This document shows positions 10,028 through 20,745 of a DNA stretch of 64,000 bases, piece after piece (position 1 is the first letter of the stretch; every line of letters begins with the position of its first letter). Below the pieces are notes generated by a model. It had not been told where the DNA came from, did no database searches, and saw only the letters and a list, made by a program, of their open reading frames with translations. A program made the translations under genes and the position numbers. The stretch spans positions 13,556 through 77,555 of the forward strand of contig CAJFHH010000014.1 of NCBI GenBank assembly GCA_904379005.1, read 5' to 3'. Source of the DNA: Candidatus Neoclostridium roslinense. Lineage in GTDB: Bacteria > Bacillota > Clostridia > Christensenellales > Pumilibacteraceae.

Positions 10028-10056
10028 GCGGCCGGATAAAACCGGTCGTTTTTTTG
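10028..10056 (+). terminator. Rho-independent terminator after the giant gene
   Basis: Stem GCGGCCGG/CCGGTCGT (two G-U pairs), loop ATAAAA, then a run of seven T. Confidence 0.55.
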
Positions 10057-10313
10057 TAAAGACAAGCGGAAAAAAATATTTGCGCGAAAAGCCGAAAAAA
10101 CGTATGCCCGAATATACGCGCGCACAACATGAAAGAGCGAAAATTTGTACGCTAAAAGAAACGCAATAAAAACGCGCGTTTTATCGTAGGCGCGCCGCCC
10201 TCGGTCAATTTTTCGCGCCGGGGGGCAATTACCCGGCCGAGTAATAAAAGCGACGTTTTTTCGACGGCGGCAAGACATAGCGGCTTTACGCTTTTACTTG
10301 CGCGTAAAATTAT

Positions 10314-10342
10314 TTGACAAATAACGAAAATTAGTATATAAT
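10314..10342 (+). promoter_or_regulatory. Sigma-A type promoter for the zinc-ribbon membrane protein gene
   Basis: TTGACA (10314-10319), 17-nt spacer, TATAAT (10337-10342). Confidence 0.5.
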
Positions 10343-10373
10343 TGATGCAAATATCACAATAGAGGAGAAAAAA

Positions 10374-10700
10374 ATGTACTGTAAAAAATGCGGCAAAGAA
10401 TTGGATGACGAAGCAAAATTCTGTCCGTACTGCGGCACGTCCACGCGCGACGAAAAAGAAAATGCGCAAAACGGAGACGCAAGGAGCGTGGGCTTAGGGA
10501 TATTGTGCTTCTTTTTGCCGATAGTCGGACTTATTTTGTACATCGTATGGAAAGACACTTATCCTCTAAAAGCCAAAAGCTGCGGCAAAGGCGCGTTGAT
10601 AAGCGTAATAGTGTACGCCGCCCTAATGCTTTTGTCCGTATGTGCGACTTTTGCGGGAGTTTTCCTTATAATAGGCGACGGCAGCCTTATGCTGATGTAA
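10374..10700 (+). CDS. Zinc-ribbon domain membrane protein (hypothetical)
   Basis: N-terminal CxxC..CxxC (MYCKKCGKELDDEAKFCPYCG) followed by two hydrophobic helices. RBS GAGGAG lies upstream. Confidence 0.65.
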   Translation: MYCKKCGKELDDEAKFCPYCGTSTRDEKENAQNGDARSVGLGILCFFLPIVGLILYIVWKDTYPLKAKSCGKGALISVIVYAALMLLSVCATFAGVFLIIGDGSLMLM

Positions 10701-10885
10701 AAAAATAGACCGCTTGCCTTGGTGGCGGCGGTTTTTTAGTGTCGTAAAAGTTGCGCGGGCGGGGGAGAATACCTGGTAGAGTGCGGCAAGAGCCGAAACG
10801 TTAAACGCGCCGAAAGTTGCGCCGAAAAATCGAGAGGGAAAATTCTGCCGATGCGATGTTTCGGGTTCTTAGCAAAAAAAGACGA

Positions 10886-11491
10886 TTATTGCGACTTTTG
10901 TGCGTCGGCGCTGTCAAGCGCAAAATCAATGGCGACAGAATAGTAGCTGCGGCATATTTCGGCGGCGCGCACGGGCTCGATGTTTTCCGAATACGCCGTC
11001 GAGCGCAAAAAATCCATCGGCCCGTAACAAAGAAGAGACAACAGCTGCTCGTCGGACAGGCTTAGTCCGGAGCAGTCTTTTATTTTTCTTATGAGATCGC
11101 GCGCGGCGTGCGTAATAAAATCGGTAAACGTCGTAAAGGCATAGCCGCGTTCGTCAAATACGGCGCGAAAAAAAGGCATTCTGCCGTCGTAAAGCTCTTC
11201 GACATAGGAAACATACAGATTGACGCTATAAGCGCGTACGTCGTCTTTTTCGCCGTTTTTACGGCATTTGTCTATGCACCGCTGCATGACGCGCGCCAGA
11301 AAGTCGTCGTAAAGGTTGTCGAGCAGCGCGTATTTATCGGAAAAATGCGAATAAAAAGTCATTCGGCTTACGTTGGACTTTTTGCAAATCTGTTTTACTT
11401 TAATGTCGTCAAACGATACGGTTTCCATCAGCTGCTGTAACGCCGTGCGCAGCAACGCCCGCGTTTTGACTATTCTTTTGTCTTCCGGCAT
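10886..11491 (-). CDS. TetR/AcrR family transcriptional regulator
   Basis: N-terminal helix-turn-helix (HTH) FDDIKVKQICKKSNVSRMTFYSHFSDKYALL is typical of TetR_N. Length is 201 aa. Confidence 0.8.
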   Translation of the reverse strand: MPEDKRIVKTRALLRTALQQLMETVSFDDIKVKQICKKSNVSRMTFYSHFSDKYALLDNLYDDFLARVMQRCIDKCRKNGEKDDVRAYSVNLYVSYVEELYDGRMPFFRAVFDERGYAFTTFTDFITHAARDLIRKIKDCSGLSLSDEQLLSLLCYGPMDFLRSTAYSENIEPVRAAEICRSYYSVAIDFALDSADAQKSQ

Positions 11492-11573
11492 GTTCTACTC
11501 CCGAGCGGTATTTTCAAATAGTTTAGCACATAAAAAGAAAAAAGTCATTTGTTTTGCGCTAAACGTGCAAAAT

Positions 11574-12083
11574 TTATGCAAATAAAGCCAGCGCGCAGCA
11601 GCCTATCGAGTAGCCCGCAAAGTTGGCGATGAGCGCGACGGGAATGGCGTACCCCAGTTTTTTCGCCTTGCACTTGCTGAAATACACGGACGAAAGATAA
11701 AAAACCGTTTCGCTGGAACCGTACACCACCGAGGCGCAGTTGCCGATAAACGAGTCGGCCCCGTACCGAACGAAAATGTCGTCCAGCACCCCCAACGCCC
11801 CCGCGCCCGACAGCGGCCGTATCAAAATGAGTTCGCACAGCTCTTTCGGCAGTCCGAAAAACCCGAATACGGGCGAAAGAAAGTCGGAAACGGCCGCCGC
11901 CGCTCCGCTGTTTCTAAAGAGCGCCACCGCCACCATCACGGCGACGAGATAGGGAAGAGCTGTCTTTACGACGTCGAACGCTTCGCCCGCACCCGCTACG
12001 AAGGAGGAGTACGGGGCTTTTCTCAATATAAGAGAAATGAATATTACAAGCAAAAATATGACGGGGATAATGTATTCTGTCAT
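11574..12083 (-). CDS. spmB: Spore maturation protein B (nucleoside-recognition membrane protein)
   Basis: 169-aa polytopic membrane protein. Its start overlaps the stop of the upstream spmA-like gene by 4 nt (ATGA), and the pairing is typical of spmAB. Confidence 0.7.
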   Translation of the reverse strand: MTEYIIPVIFLLVIFISLILRKAPYSSFVAGAGEAFDVVKTALPYLVAVMVAVALFRNSGAAAAVSDFLSPVFGFFGLPKELCELILIRPLSGAGALGVLDDIFVRYGADSFIGNCASVVYGSSETVFYLSSVYFSKCKAKKLGYAIPVALIANFAGYSIGCCALALFA

Positions 12084-12742
12084 GCTTTTTTCCCCGCACT
12101 GCCGCGCATAAAGCTTTTTTCGCCGGATTTTTTTCTCGCGATGCCGCGCTTATTATTTTTTTTGGATGTTTTTTTTGACGCCCGGCGTCTGCCTGCCGCC
12201 GACAGAATTTTAACCAAAGATATTCCTATGACGGTGGACGCGACGGTGGCTATAATGTTGGCGGGCAAAAACGATACGGGAGCGGCGGCGCCCCGTGCAA
12301 CGCGCATTGCGATAACCGTGCCGGGCAGCAGCTGCAGAGAAGAGGAAGACAGCACCAGCGCCATTATCATGTCGGTGTTGGCTCTTTCCGCGCCGTCGTC
12401 GAGAGCGCAAACGGCGTTGATGCCCATAGGCGTTGCGGCGTTGCCCAGCCCCAGAAAATTTGCCGAAATATTCATCGACAGATAACTTTTGGCACGGTCG
12501 GAAGCGGACGGGAACAAAAAGTTCAACGGTTTTCTGATAAGTCGCGCCACGGCTTTGGAAATGCCGGTTTTTTCCACAAGGCGGAAAAAGCCCAGCCAAA
12601 GAGAATAAGACGCGAGCAGCGTTATTGCAAGCGAGACGGCGTTGTTGGCGCCTTCAGTCATGGCCTTTACCGCGCCGTCGGGTTTTATTACCACCATGGC
12701 GGCTATCGAACAAAGCATTATTATAGTCCACAATATATTCAT
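12080..12742 (-). CDS. spmA: Spore maturation protein A, with a basic C-terminal tail
   Basis: Nucleoside-recognition-type membrane protein (MNILWTIIMLCSIAAMVV..., GNAATPMG motif) followed by a K/R-rich tail (RRRASKKTSKKNNKRGIARKKSGEK). Confidence 0.7.
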   Translation of the reverse strand: MNILWTIIMLCSIAAMVVIKPDGAVKAMTEGANNAVSLAITLLASYSLWLGFFRLVEKTGISKAVARLIRKPLNFLFPSASDRAKSYLSMNISANFLGLGNAATPMGINAVCALDDGAERANTDMIMALVLSSSSLQLLPGTVIAMRVARGAAAPVSFLPANIIATVASTVIGISLVKILSAAGRRRASKKTSKKNNKRGIARKKSGEKSFMRGSAGKKA

Positions 12743-12826
12743 AAAACACTCCTTTTTCCGTATATAACAAATTTATGCCTTAGGAGCGCGCAATATTAGA
12801 CAAAGCGATATTATGCGGCAAAACAA

Positions 12827-12855
12827 TTGATTTTTGCGCCGCAATTTAGTATAAT
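12827..12855 (+). promoter_or_regulatory. Sigma-A type promoter upstream of metG
   Basis: TTGATT (12827-12832), 17-nt spacer, TATAAT (12850-12855). The leader is only about 45 nt. Confidence 0.45.
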
Positions 12856-12902
12856 ATCTATTGAAAATCAAAATAATTGTTTTTTACCGAAAGGAGAATC
12901 TT

Positions 12903-14855
12903 ATGCAGAAAAAAGACACCTTTTATATTACCACGCCGATATATTATCCCAGCGGTCAGTGGCACCTGGGACATTGTTATACCACGGTATGCTGCGACGC
13001 CATCGCGCGATATAAAAGAATGAGCGGCTATGACGTGTTTTATCTTACGGGCACCGACGAACACGGCCAGAAGATAGAAAAAAAGGCCGCCGAGCAGGGC
13101 GTTTCGCCCAAAGCGTTTGTCGACGAAAGAGTGGCCGTTATAAAAAATTTATGGCGGACGCTGGACATAAGTTATGACAAGTTCATCCGCACCACCGACG
13201 AATATCACGAAAAGGCGGCGGCGAAGATTTTTGACGAGCTGTACAAAAAAGGCGACATTTACAAGTCGGTTTACAAAGGTAAGTATTGCACGCCGTGCGA
13301 ATCTTTCTGGACGGAAAACCAGCTTGTCGACGGTAAGTGCCCCGACTGCGGCCGGGAAGTCACCGACGCGGAAGAAGAGTGTTATTTTTTCCGTTTGTCC
13401 GCCTATCGCGACAGAATAATAAAACTGCTGACCGAAACCGATTATCTGCAGCCGAAAACGCGCGTCAACGAGATGGTAAACAACTTTCTAAAAGACGGCC
13501 TTAACGACTTGGCGGTGTCGCGCACCTCGTTTAAGTGGGGAATACCCGTGCCGTTTGACGATAGGCACGTCATATACGTTTGGGTGGACGCCTTGACCAA
13601 CTATATAACGGCTTTGGGTTACGGCAGCGACGACGACAGTCTTTTCAAAAAATACTGGCCGGCGGATTTACACATGGTGGGCAAGGAAATAGTGCGTTTC
13701 CACGCCATCGTATGGCCGGCAATACTCATGGCGCTTTCGTTACCTCTTCCCAAAAAGGTGTACGGGCACGGATGGCTTATGCTGGACGGCGACAAAATGA
13801 GCAAGTCCAAAGGCAACGTCGTCGATCCGCTGGTCTTGTGCGACAGATACGGCGTCGACGCGGTAAGATATTATCTTCTGCGCGAAATTCCCTTCGGCAG
13901 CGACGCCAACTATTCGGGCGAAGCGTTTATTGCGCGCATAAATCAGGATCTTGCCAACGACCTTGGCAATCTCGTCAAGAGAACGCTTACAATGAACAAG
14001 AAGTATTTCGGAGGCAAACTGACCGCCCCGCAGACTCCCCCGGCAGAGGACGCGGAGTTTATCGAGGCTATCGACGCGCTAAAAGACAAGGTGGACGCTT
14101 ATATCGAAGAGCTAAACGTCACCAAGGCGCTGGAAGCGGTGTTCGCCGTCATCGGAAAGGCCAATAAGTATATCGACGTAAACGCTCCGTGGGTGCTGGA
14201 TAAAGAAGGCAAAAAAGAACGCCTTATGGAAGTAATGTACAATCTTACGGAGGCGATACGCGTTGCGGCGACGCTGCTGCTGCCCTTTATGACCAAAGGA
14301 CCTGCGGCGATTTTCGGCGCATTAAGGCTGCCCGTCGCCCGGTCGTTCGACGGCGTAAAGTGGGGAGCGGTAAAAAATTACGAGACGGGAGAGGCGGACA
14401 TTTTGTATCCGCGCCTGGACGTACAGAAGGAATTAAAAGAAATGGAGACTTTAAGCGAACAAACCGGTCGCGAGGAGAATAAGAATATGCAGGAAAACAC
14501 AGATAAAAAGCCGGCGGCCGAACAACCGGGAAATTATATCACGATAGACGATTTTTGCAAGGTCACGCTCAGAGTGGGTGAAGTCATCGCCAGCGAACGC
14601 GTGGAAAAAAGCAGCAAACTGCTTAAAAATACGGTAAAAATCGGCGATGAAACGCGCACTATTCTCAGCGGAATAGCCAAATATTATACGCCCGAAGAAA
14701 TGGTGGGCAAGCGCGTCGTCGTCGTCACCAACCTAAAACCGCGCATGATGTGCGGCTACGAGTCGTCGGGCATGATTCTGTGTGCCGAAAAGGACGGCAA
14801 AGTGGTGCTGGTTTCGCCCGAAAAGGCCGTCGAAAGCGGGGCGGAAGTATGCTGA
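12903..14855 (+). CDS. metG: Methionine--tRNA ligase with C-terminal tRNA-binding (Trbp111/EMAP-like) domain
   Basis: HIGH-type motif (GQWHLGHCY), zinc knuckle CTPCESF..CPDCG and KMSKS (DKMSKSKGN). The C-terminal OB-fold reads ITIDDFCKVTLRVGEVI. The start was moved to ATG 12903, which sits behind AAAGGAGAA; the ORF-track start at 12861 lacks an RBS. Confidence 0.95.
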   Translation: MQKKDTFYITTPIYYPSGQWHLGHCYTTVCCDAIARYKRMSGYDVFYLTGTDEHGQKIEKKAAEQGVSPKAFVDERVAVIKNLWRTLDISYDKFIRTTDEYHEKAAAKIFDELYKKGDIYKSVYKGKYCTPCESFWTENQLVDGKCPDCGREVTDAEEECYFFRLSAYRDRIIKLLTETDYLQPKTRVNEMVNNFLKDGLNDLAVSRTSFKWGIPVPFDDRHVIYVWVDALTNYITALGYGSDDDSLFKKYWPADLHMVGKEIVRFHAIVWPAILMALSLPLPKKVYGHGWLMLDGDKMSKSKGNVVDPLVLCDRYGVDAVRYYLLREIPFGSDANYSGEAFIARINQDLANDLGNLVKRTLTMNKKYFGGKLTAPQTPPAEDAEFIEAIDALKDKVDAYIEELNVTKALEAVFAVIGKANKYIDVNAPWVLDKEGKKERLMEVMYNLTEAIRVAATLLLPFMTKGPAAIFGALRLPVARSFDGVKWGAVKNYETGEADILYPRLDVQKELKEMETLSEQTGREENKNMQENTDKKPAAEQPGNYITIDDFCKVTLRVGEVIASERVEKSSKLLKNTVKIGDETRTILSGIAKYYTPEEMVGKRVVVVTNLKPRMMCGYESSGMILCAEKDGKVVLVSPEKAVESGAEVC

Positions 14856-15625
14856 TAGATACTCATGCCCACCTGGGCGGAACGGACGTGGACGAGCGTC
14901 TGGCGGTGGAAATGCTCGGTTTGGGCATGCCGGACGTCATAGTGGCGGCAAGTTACGACGTCGAGTCGTCGCTGCGTTCGGCGCGCATTGCCGGGGAAAA
15001 CGCAAAAATCTTTTCTATGGTGGGGGTGCACCCCAACGACAGTCAAAAGCTCACCGGTTCGCCCGTCGAACAGCTGCGCGCCATCGCCGCCGACAAGAAA
15101 AACAAAGTGGTAGCGATAGGCGAAATAGGGCTCGACTATCACTATGACGGAACGCAGAAGGAGGTGCAGCGCAAGTGGATGACGGAACAGATGCGTCTTG
15201 CCGCCGAATTGTCGCTGCCCGTCTCTTTTCATATCCGCGACGCATACGAGGACGCGCTTAAAATATTCGAAGAAAACGCAGACCTGCTAAAAAACGGAGC
15301 GATACTGCACTGTTATTCCGGTTCGGCCGAATACGCGCGGCAGGTGTCGGAAAAATTCGACTTTTATTTTTCGTTCAGCGGCGTCATAACCTTTAAGAGC
15401 GCAAAAAAATATCCGGACGTTCTGCGCGCCATACCGCAGGACCGTCTGCTGGCGGAAACCGACAGCCCGTACATGACGCCCGAACCTCATCGCGGCGAGA
15501 GCAACGTGCCCGCCAACGTCAAGTACGTCGTCCGCAAAATGGCCGAAATTCTGGGCGTGGACGAGCAGCGCATGACGGACATCACCGGCGAAAACGCCCG
15601 CCGCCTTTTTAAGCTTGAATTTTAG
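14849..15625 (+). CDS. tatD: TatD-family metal-dependent DNase/hydrolase
   Basis: MLIDTHAHL N-terminus, GEIGLDYHY and the DSPYM motif. The ATG at 14849 overlaps the metG stop (ATGCTGA), suggesting coupling. Confidence 0.9.
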   Translation: MLIDTHAHLGGTDVDERLAVEMLGLGMPDVIVAASYDVESSLRSARIAGENAKIFSMVGVHPNDSQKLTGSPVEQLRAIAADKKNKVVAIGEIGLDYHYDGTQKEVQRKWMTEQMRLAAELSLPVSFHIRDAYEDALKIFEENADLLKNGAILHCYSGSAEYARQVSEKFDFYFSFSGVITFKSAKKYPDVLRAIPQDRLLAETDSPYMTPEPHRGESNVPANVKYVVRKMAEILGVDEQRMTDITGENARRLFKLEF

Positions 15626-15858
15626 TCCGCGTCAAAAACAAAAGAGCGGTTGTCAAGTAAAAAACAAATTTACCGAAAAAAAGCGTGATTTTCAAAATAC
15701 GGCAAAATTGCGCTTTTATTTTTTGCCGTATAGGCAGGCTTTTACAGGGGTAAAAACAAGCACGGACGAAAATTGGCACTTTAAAAGCAAAATTAAAATC
15801 AAAAAACCTTAAAAATCGCGCGCCAAACGTTTTGTTTACGGCACAAAATGTGGTATAA

Positions 15859-17871
<2,013 letters not shown>

Positions 17872-17882
17872 CGGAGAAAATT

Positions 17883-20564
17883 ATGGCACATAACAGAGAT
17901 TATAAGCCCGAAGACATCGCGTTTCCCAATCAGATAATCAAGGAAAGCGAGCTCGTGAGCGAAATGGAAAAGAGTTATATAGAGTACGCCATGTCGGTAA
18001 TAGTGGGACGAGCGCTGCCCGACGTCCGCGACGGACTCAAACCCGTCCACCGCCGCATTTTGTACGCAATGTACGAAGACGGACTGACAAGCGACAAACC
18101 CTTCAAAAAATCTGCCACCTGCGTGGGTGACGTGCTGGGCAGATATCATCCGCACGGCGACTCTTCGGTGTACGACGCATTGGTGCGCCTTGCCCAGGAT
18201 TTTTCCATGCGCTATATGCTGGTGGAAGGCCACGGAAACTTCGGTTCGGTGGACGGCGACCCGCCGGCGGCTTATCGTTATACGGAAGCGCGCATGAGCA
18301 AAATCAGCAACGAGATGCTGCGCGACATAGACAAGGACACCGTCGATTGGGTGCCCAACTTCGACGAATCGCGCAAAGAACCGCTCGTGCTGCCGTCAAG
18401 ATTCCCCAACCTGCTGGTAAACGGCTCGTCGGGTATAGCCGTGGGCATGGCGACGAATATTCCGCCGCACAACCTGGGCGAAGTCATTGACGCCTGTATA
18501 TGCGAAATAGACAATCCCGACGCGACGCCGGACGAGCTAATGCAGCACATAAAGGGCCCCGATTTTCCGACAAAAGGCATAATAATGGGCAGAGCCGGCA
18601 TAAGGCAGGCCTACGCGACGGGTCGCGGCAAAATAGTGGTGCGCGCCCGCACCGAGTTTGAAGAATACGGCAAAGATAACCGCACGCGCATTATCGTAAC
18701 GGAACTGCCGTATCAGGTCAACAAGCGCCAGCTGGTAAAAAACATCGCCGATCAGGTCAAGGAAAAGCGCCTCGAAGGCATTTCCGATCTCCGCGAAGAG
18801 AGTGACCGCAACGGTATGCGCGTCGTCATCGAGCTCAAACGCGACGCCAATCCCCAGGTGGTGTTAAACCATTTGTTTGCGCAAACGGCGCTGCAATCGA
18901 GTTTTTCGATAATAATGCTGGCTCTTGTCGACAATCAGCGCCAGCCCAAAATACTTCCGCTGAAAAACATTCTGGACGAATACATCGCCTTCCAGGAGGA
19001 GATCATCATACGCCGCACGCAATACGATCTCGGCAAAGCGCGCGAAAGGGCTCATCTTCTCGAAGGGCTTATTATAGCTCAGGACAATATAGACGAAGTC
19101 ATTCACATAATACGCACTTCGTATGATGACGCGAAAGAGCGCCTTATGCAAAGATTCGGACTGGACGAAGTGCAGACGCAGGCCATCCTCGACATGCGCC
19201 TAAAAGCGCTCCAGGGCCTTGACCGCGAAAAACTCGAAAGCGAATACAGAGAGTTGCAGGAAAGGATAGCTTATTACGAAAAACTGCTGGCCTCTCCCGA
19301 TATGCTGCGCGGCGTGCTTAAAGACGAACTCATTCAGATACGCGACAAATACGGCGACAAACGCCGCACGGAAATTTGCGTCAACTTCGACGAAATAGAC
19401 GCCGAAGATCTCATCGAAAGGGAGGACGTAGTCATATCCATGACGCATTCGGGATACATAAAACGTATTCCCGTATCGGCCTACAAATCGCAGCACAGGG
19501 GCGGAGCGGGCATCACCGCGCACAAGCCAAAAGACGAAGATTTTGTCGAAAATATGTTTATCACCTGTACGCACGACGACCTCATGTTTTTTACCAACAG
19601 CGGCAAGGTGTACCGCATAAAGGCGTATTTTGTGCCCGAAGCGGACCGCACGGCGCGCGGCAGAGCGATAGTCAATTTGCTGCAGCTGGCGCCCGGAGAA
19701 CGCGTCACGGCGGTCATTCCCATAAAGGAAGGGGAAGACGGCAGCGGCTGTCTCGTCATGGCGACGCGCGGCGGTCTCATTAAAAAAACCGCGCTGTCCG
19801 AATTTGAGTCCATTCGAAAAGTGGGAAAAATCGCCATCATTCTGCACGAAGGCGATCAGCTTATCGCCGTCAGCAAAATTCACGAAGGCGACGAAATCAT
19901 GCTGGCGTCGACAAAGGGCAAGTGCATAAGATTTGCCGAAAGCGACGTGCGCGTCATGGGTCGCACTTCCGCCGGCGTGCGTTCCATAAAAATGGACGAG
20001 GAAGACGACTATGTCGTGGATATGGCGGTTATCGAAAAGGACACCGACAAGCAGGTGCTCACCGTCACGGAGCTGGGGTACGGAAAGCGCTGCCTGTTAA
20101 GCGAATACAGGCTGCAGTCGCGTGCCGGAAAGGGATCCAAAGCGGGAAAATTCAGCCTTTCCACCGGCGCTATCGTCAACCTTAAGCTGGTAAGTCCCGA
20201 CGACGACGTGATGATCATCGCCAACACCGGCATCATCATCCGCATGCCCGTAAGCGAAATTTCGCTTATATCCAAAGCCACAAAAGGCGTGAGAATAATG
20301 CGCCTTAAAGACAACGGCAAAGTGGTATGCGTTGCCGTCGCCGCGCCCGAAAACAAAGTGGAGGAAGACGCCGCCACGGCCGCGGAAAACAGCGAAAGCG
20401 AAGGCGCGGATATGCCCGCCGCAGATTATGCCGCTTTCAGCGCGGACGGGGAAGAAAACGGCTATGCCGGCGAAGACACCTTTAACGAGCCGCCTGCCGA
20501 AGATCGGGACGAGGCGTTAAGCGAGCAGCCGCCCGCCGACAAGACCGGTGACGACGAACAGTAA
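17883..20564 (+). CDS. gyrA: DNA gyrase subunit A with an acidic C-terminal tail
   Basis: [22 protein letters not shown], the QRDR-like segment [17 protein letters not shown] and the active-site [13 protein letters not shown] 17883 behind GGAG is preferred over the TTG at 17868. The last ~70 aa are D/E-rich. Confidence 0.95.
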   Translation: MAHNRDYKPEDIAFPNQIIKESELVSEMEKSYIEYAMSVIVGRALPDVRDGLKPVHRRILYAMYEDGLTSDKPFKKSATCVGDVLGRYHPHGDSSVYDALVRLAQDFSMRYMLVEGHGNFGSVDGDPPAAYRYTEARMSKISNEMLRDIDKDTVDWVPNFDESRKEPLVLPSRFPNLLVNGSSGIAVGMATNIPPHNLGEVIDACICEIDNPDATPDELMQHIKGPDFPTKGIIMGRAGIRQAYATGRGKIVVRARTEFEEYGKDNRTRIIVTELPYQVNKRQLVKNIADQVKEKRLEGISDLREESDRNGMRVVIELKRDANPQVVLNHLFAQTALQSSFSIIMLALVDNQRQPKILPLKNILDEYIAFQEEIIIRRTQYDLGKARERAHLLEGLIIAQDNIDEVIHIIRTSYDDAKERLMQRFGLDEVQTQAILDMRLKALQGLDREKLESEYRELQERIAYYEKLLASPDMLRGVLKDELIQIRDKYGDKRRTEICVNFDEIDAEDLIEREDVVISMTHSGYIKRIPVSAYKSQHRGGAGITAHKPKDEDFVENMFITCTHDDLMFFTNSGKVYRIKAYFVPEADRTARGRAIVNLLQLAPGERVTAVIPIKEGEDGSGCLVMATRGGLIKKTALSEFESIRKVGKIAIILHEGDQLIAVSKIHEGDEIMLASTKGKCIRFAESDVRVMGRTSAGVRSIKMDEEDDYVVDMAVIEKDTDKQVLTVTELGYGKRCLLSEYRLQSRAGKGSKAGKFSLSTGAIVNLKLVSPDDDVMIIANTGIIIRMPVSEISLISKATKGVRIMRLKDNGKVVCVAVAAPENKVEEDAATAAENSESEGADMPAADYAAFSADGEENGYAGEDTFNEPPAEDRDEALSEQPPADKTGDDEQ

Positions 20565-20650
20565 AGAGCGGTTTTTGCGCTTAAAACGCGGCAAAAAAGC
20601 AGGAATTTTGTAAGAATTATAAAAAACAAGGGAATATTTTATAAAATTCA

Positions 20651-20679
20651 TTGCAATTTGTCTTTGTATTTGTTATAAT
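20651..20679 (+). promoter_or_regulatory. Sigma-A type promoter upstream of secA
   Basis: TTGCAA (20651-20656), 17-nt spacer, TATAAT (20674-20679). Confidence 0.5.
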
Positions 20680-20745
20680 AGTTCGGTATAGGCGGGCGAA
20701 AGAGCGCGGCCGCCTGACATTCAACGTAATAAAAGAGGTAATAAA

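Noticed and set aside
12743-12902. A T-box leader upstream of metG.
   Set aside because: The predicted promoter (-10 at 12850) leaves only about 45 nt before the start codon. No specifier hairpin, T-box sequence or terminator/antiterminator pair is visible.
14750-14848. An upstream extension of tatD (MRLRVVGHDS...) and similar track extensions of mntP (38067-38240), darA (45342-45629), GH43 (31402-31662) and DUF4956 (29746-29886).
   Set aside because: These extensions overlap upstream genes or promoters and are basic or low-complexity. Internal ATGs with good RBSs give N-termini that match the families.
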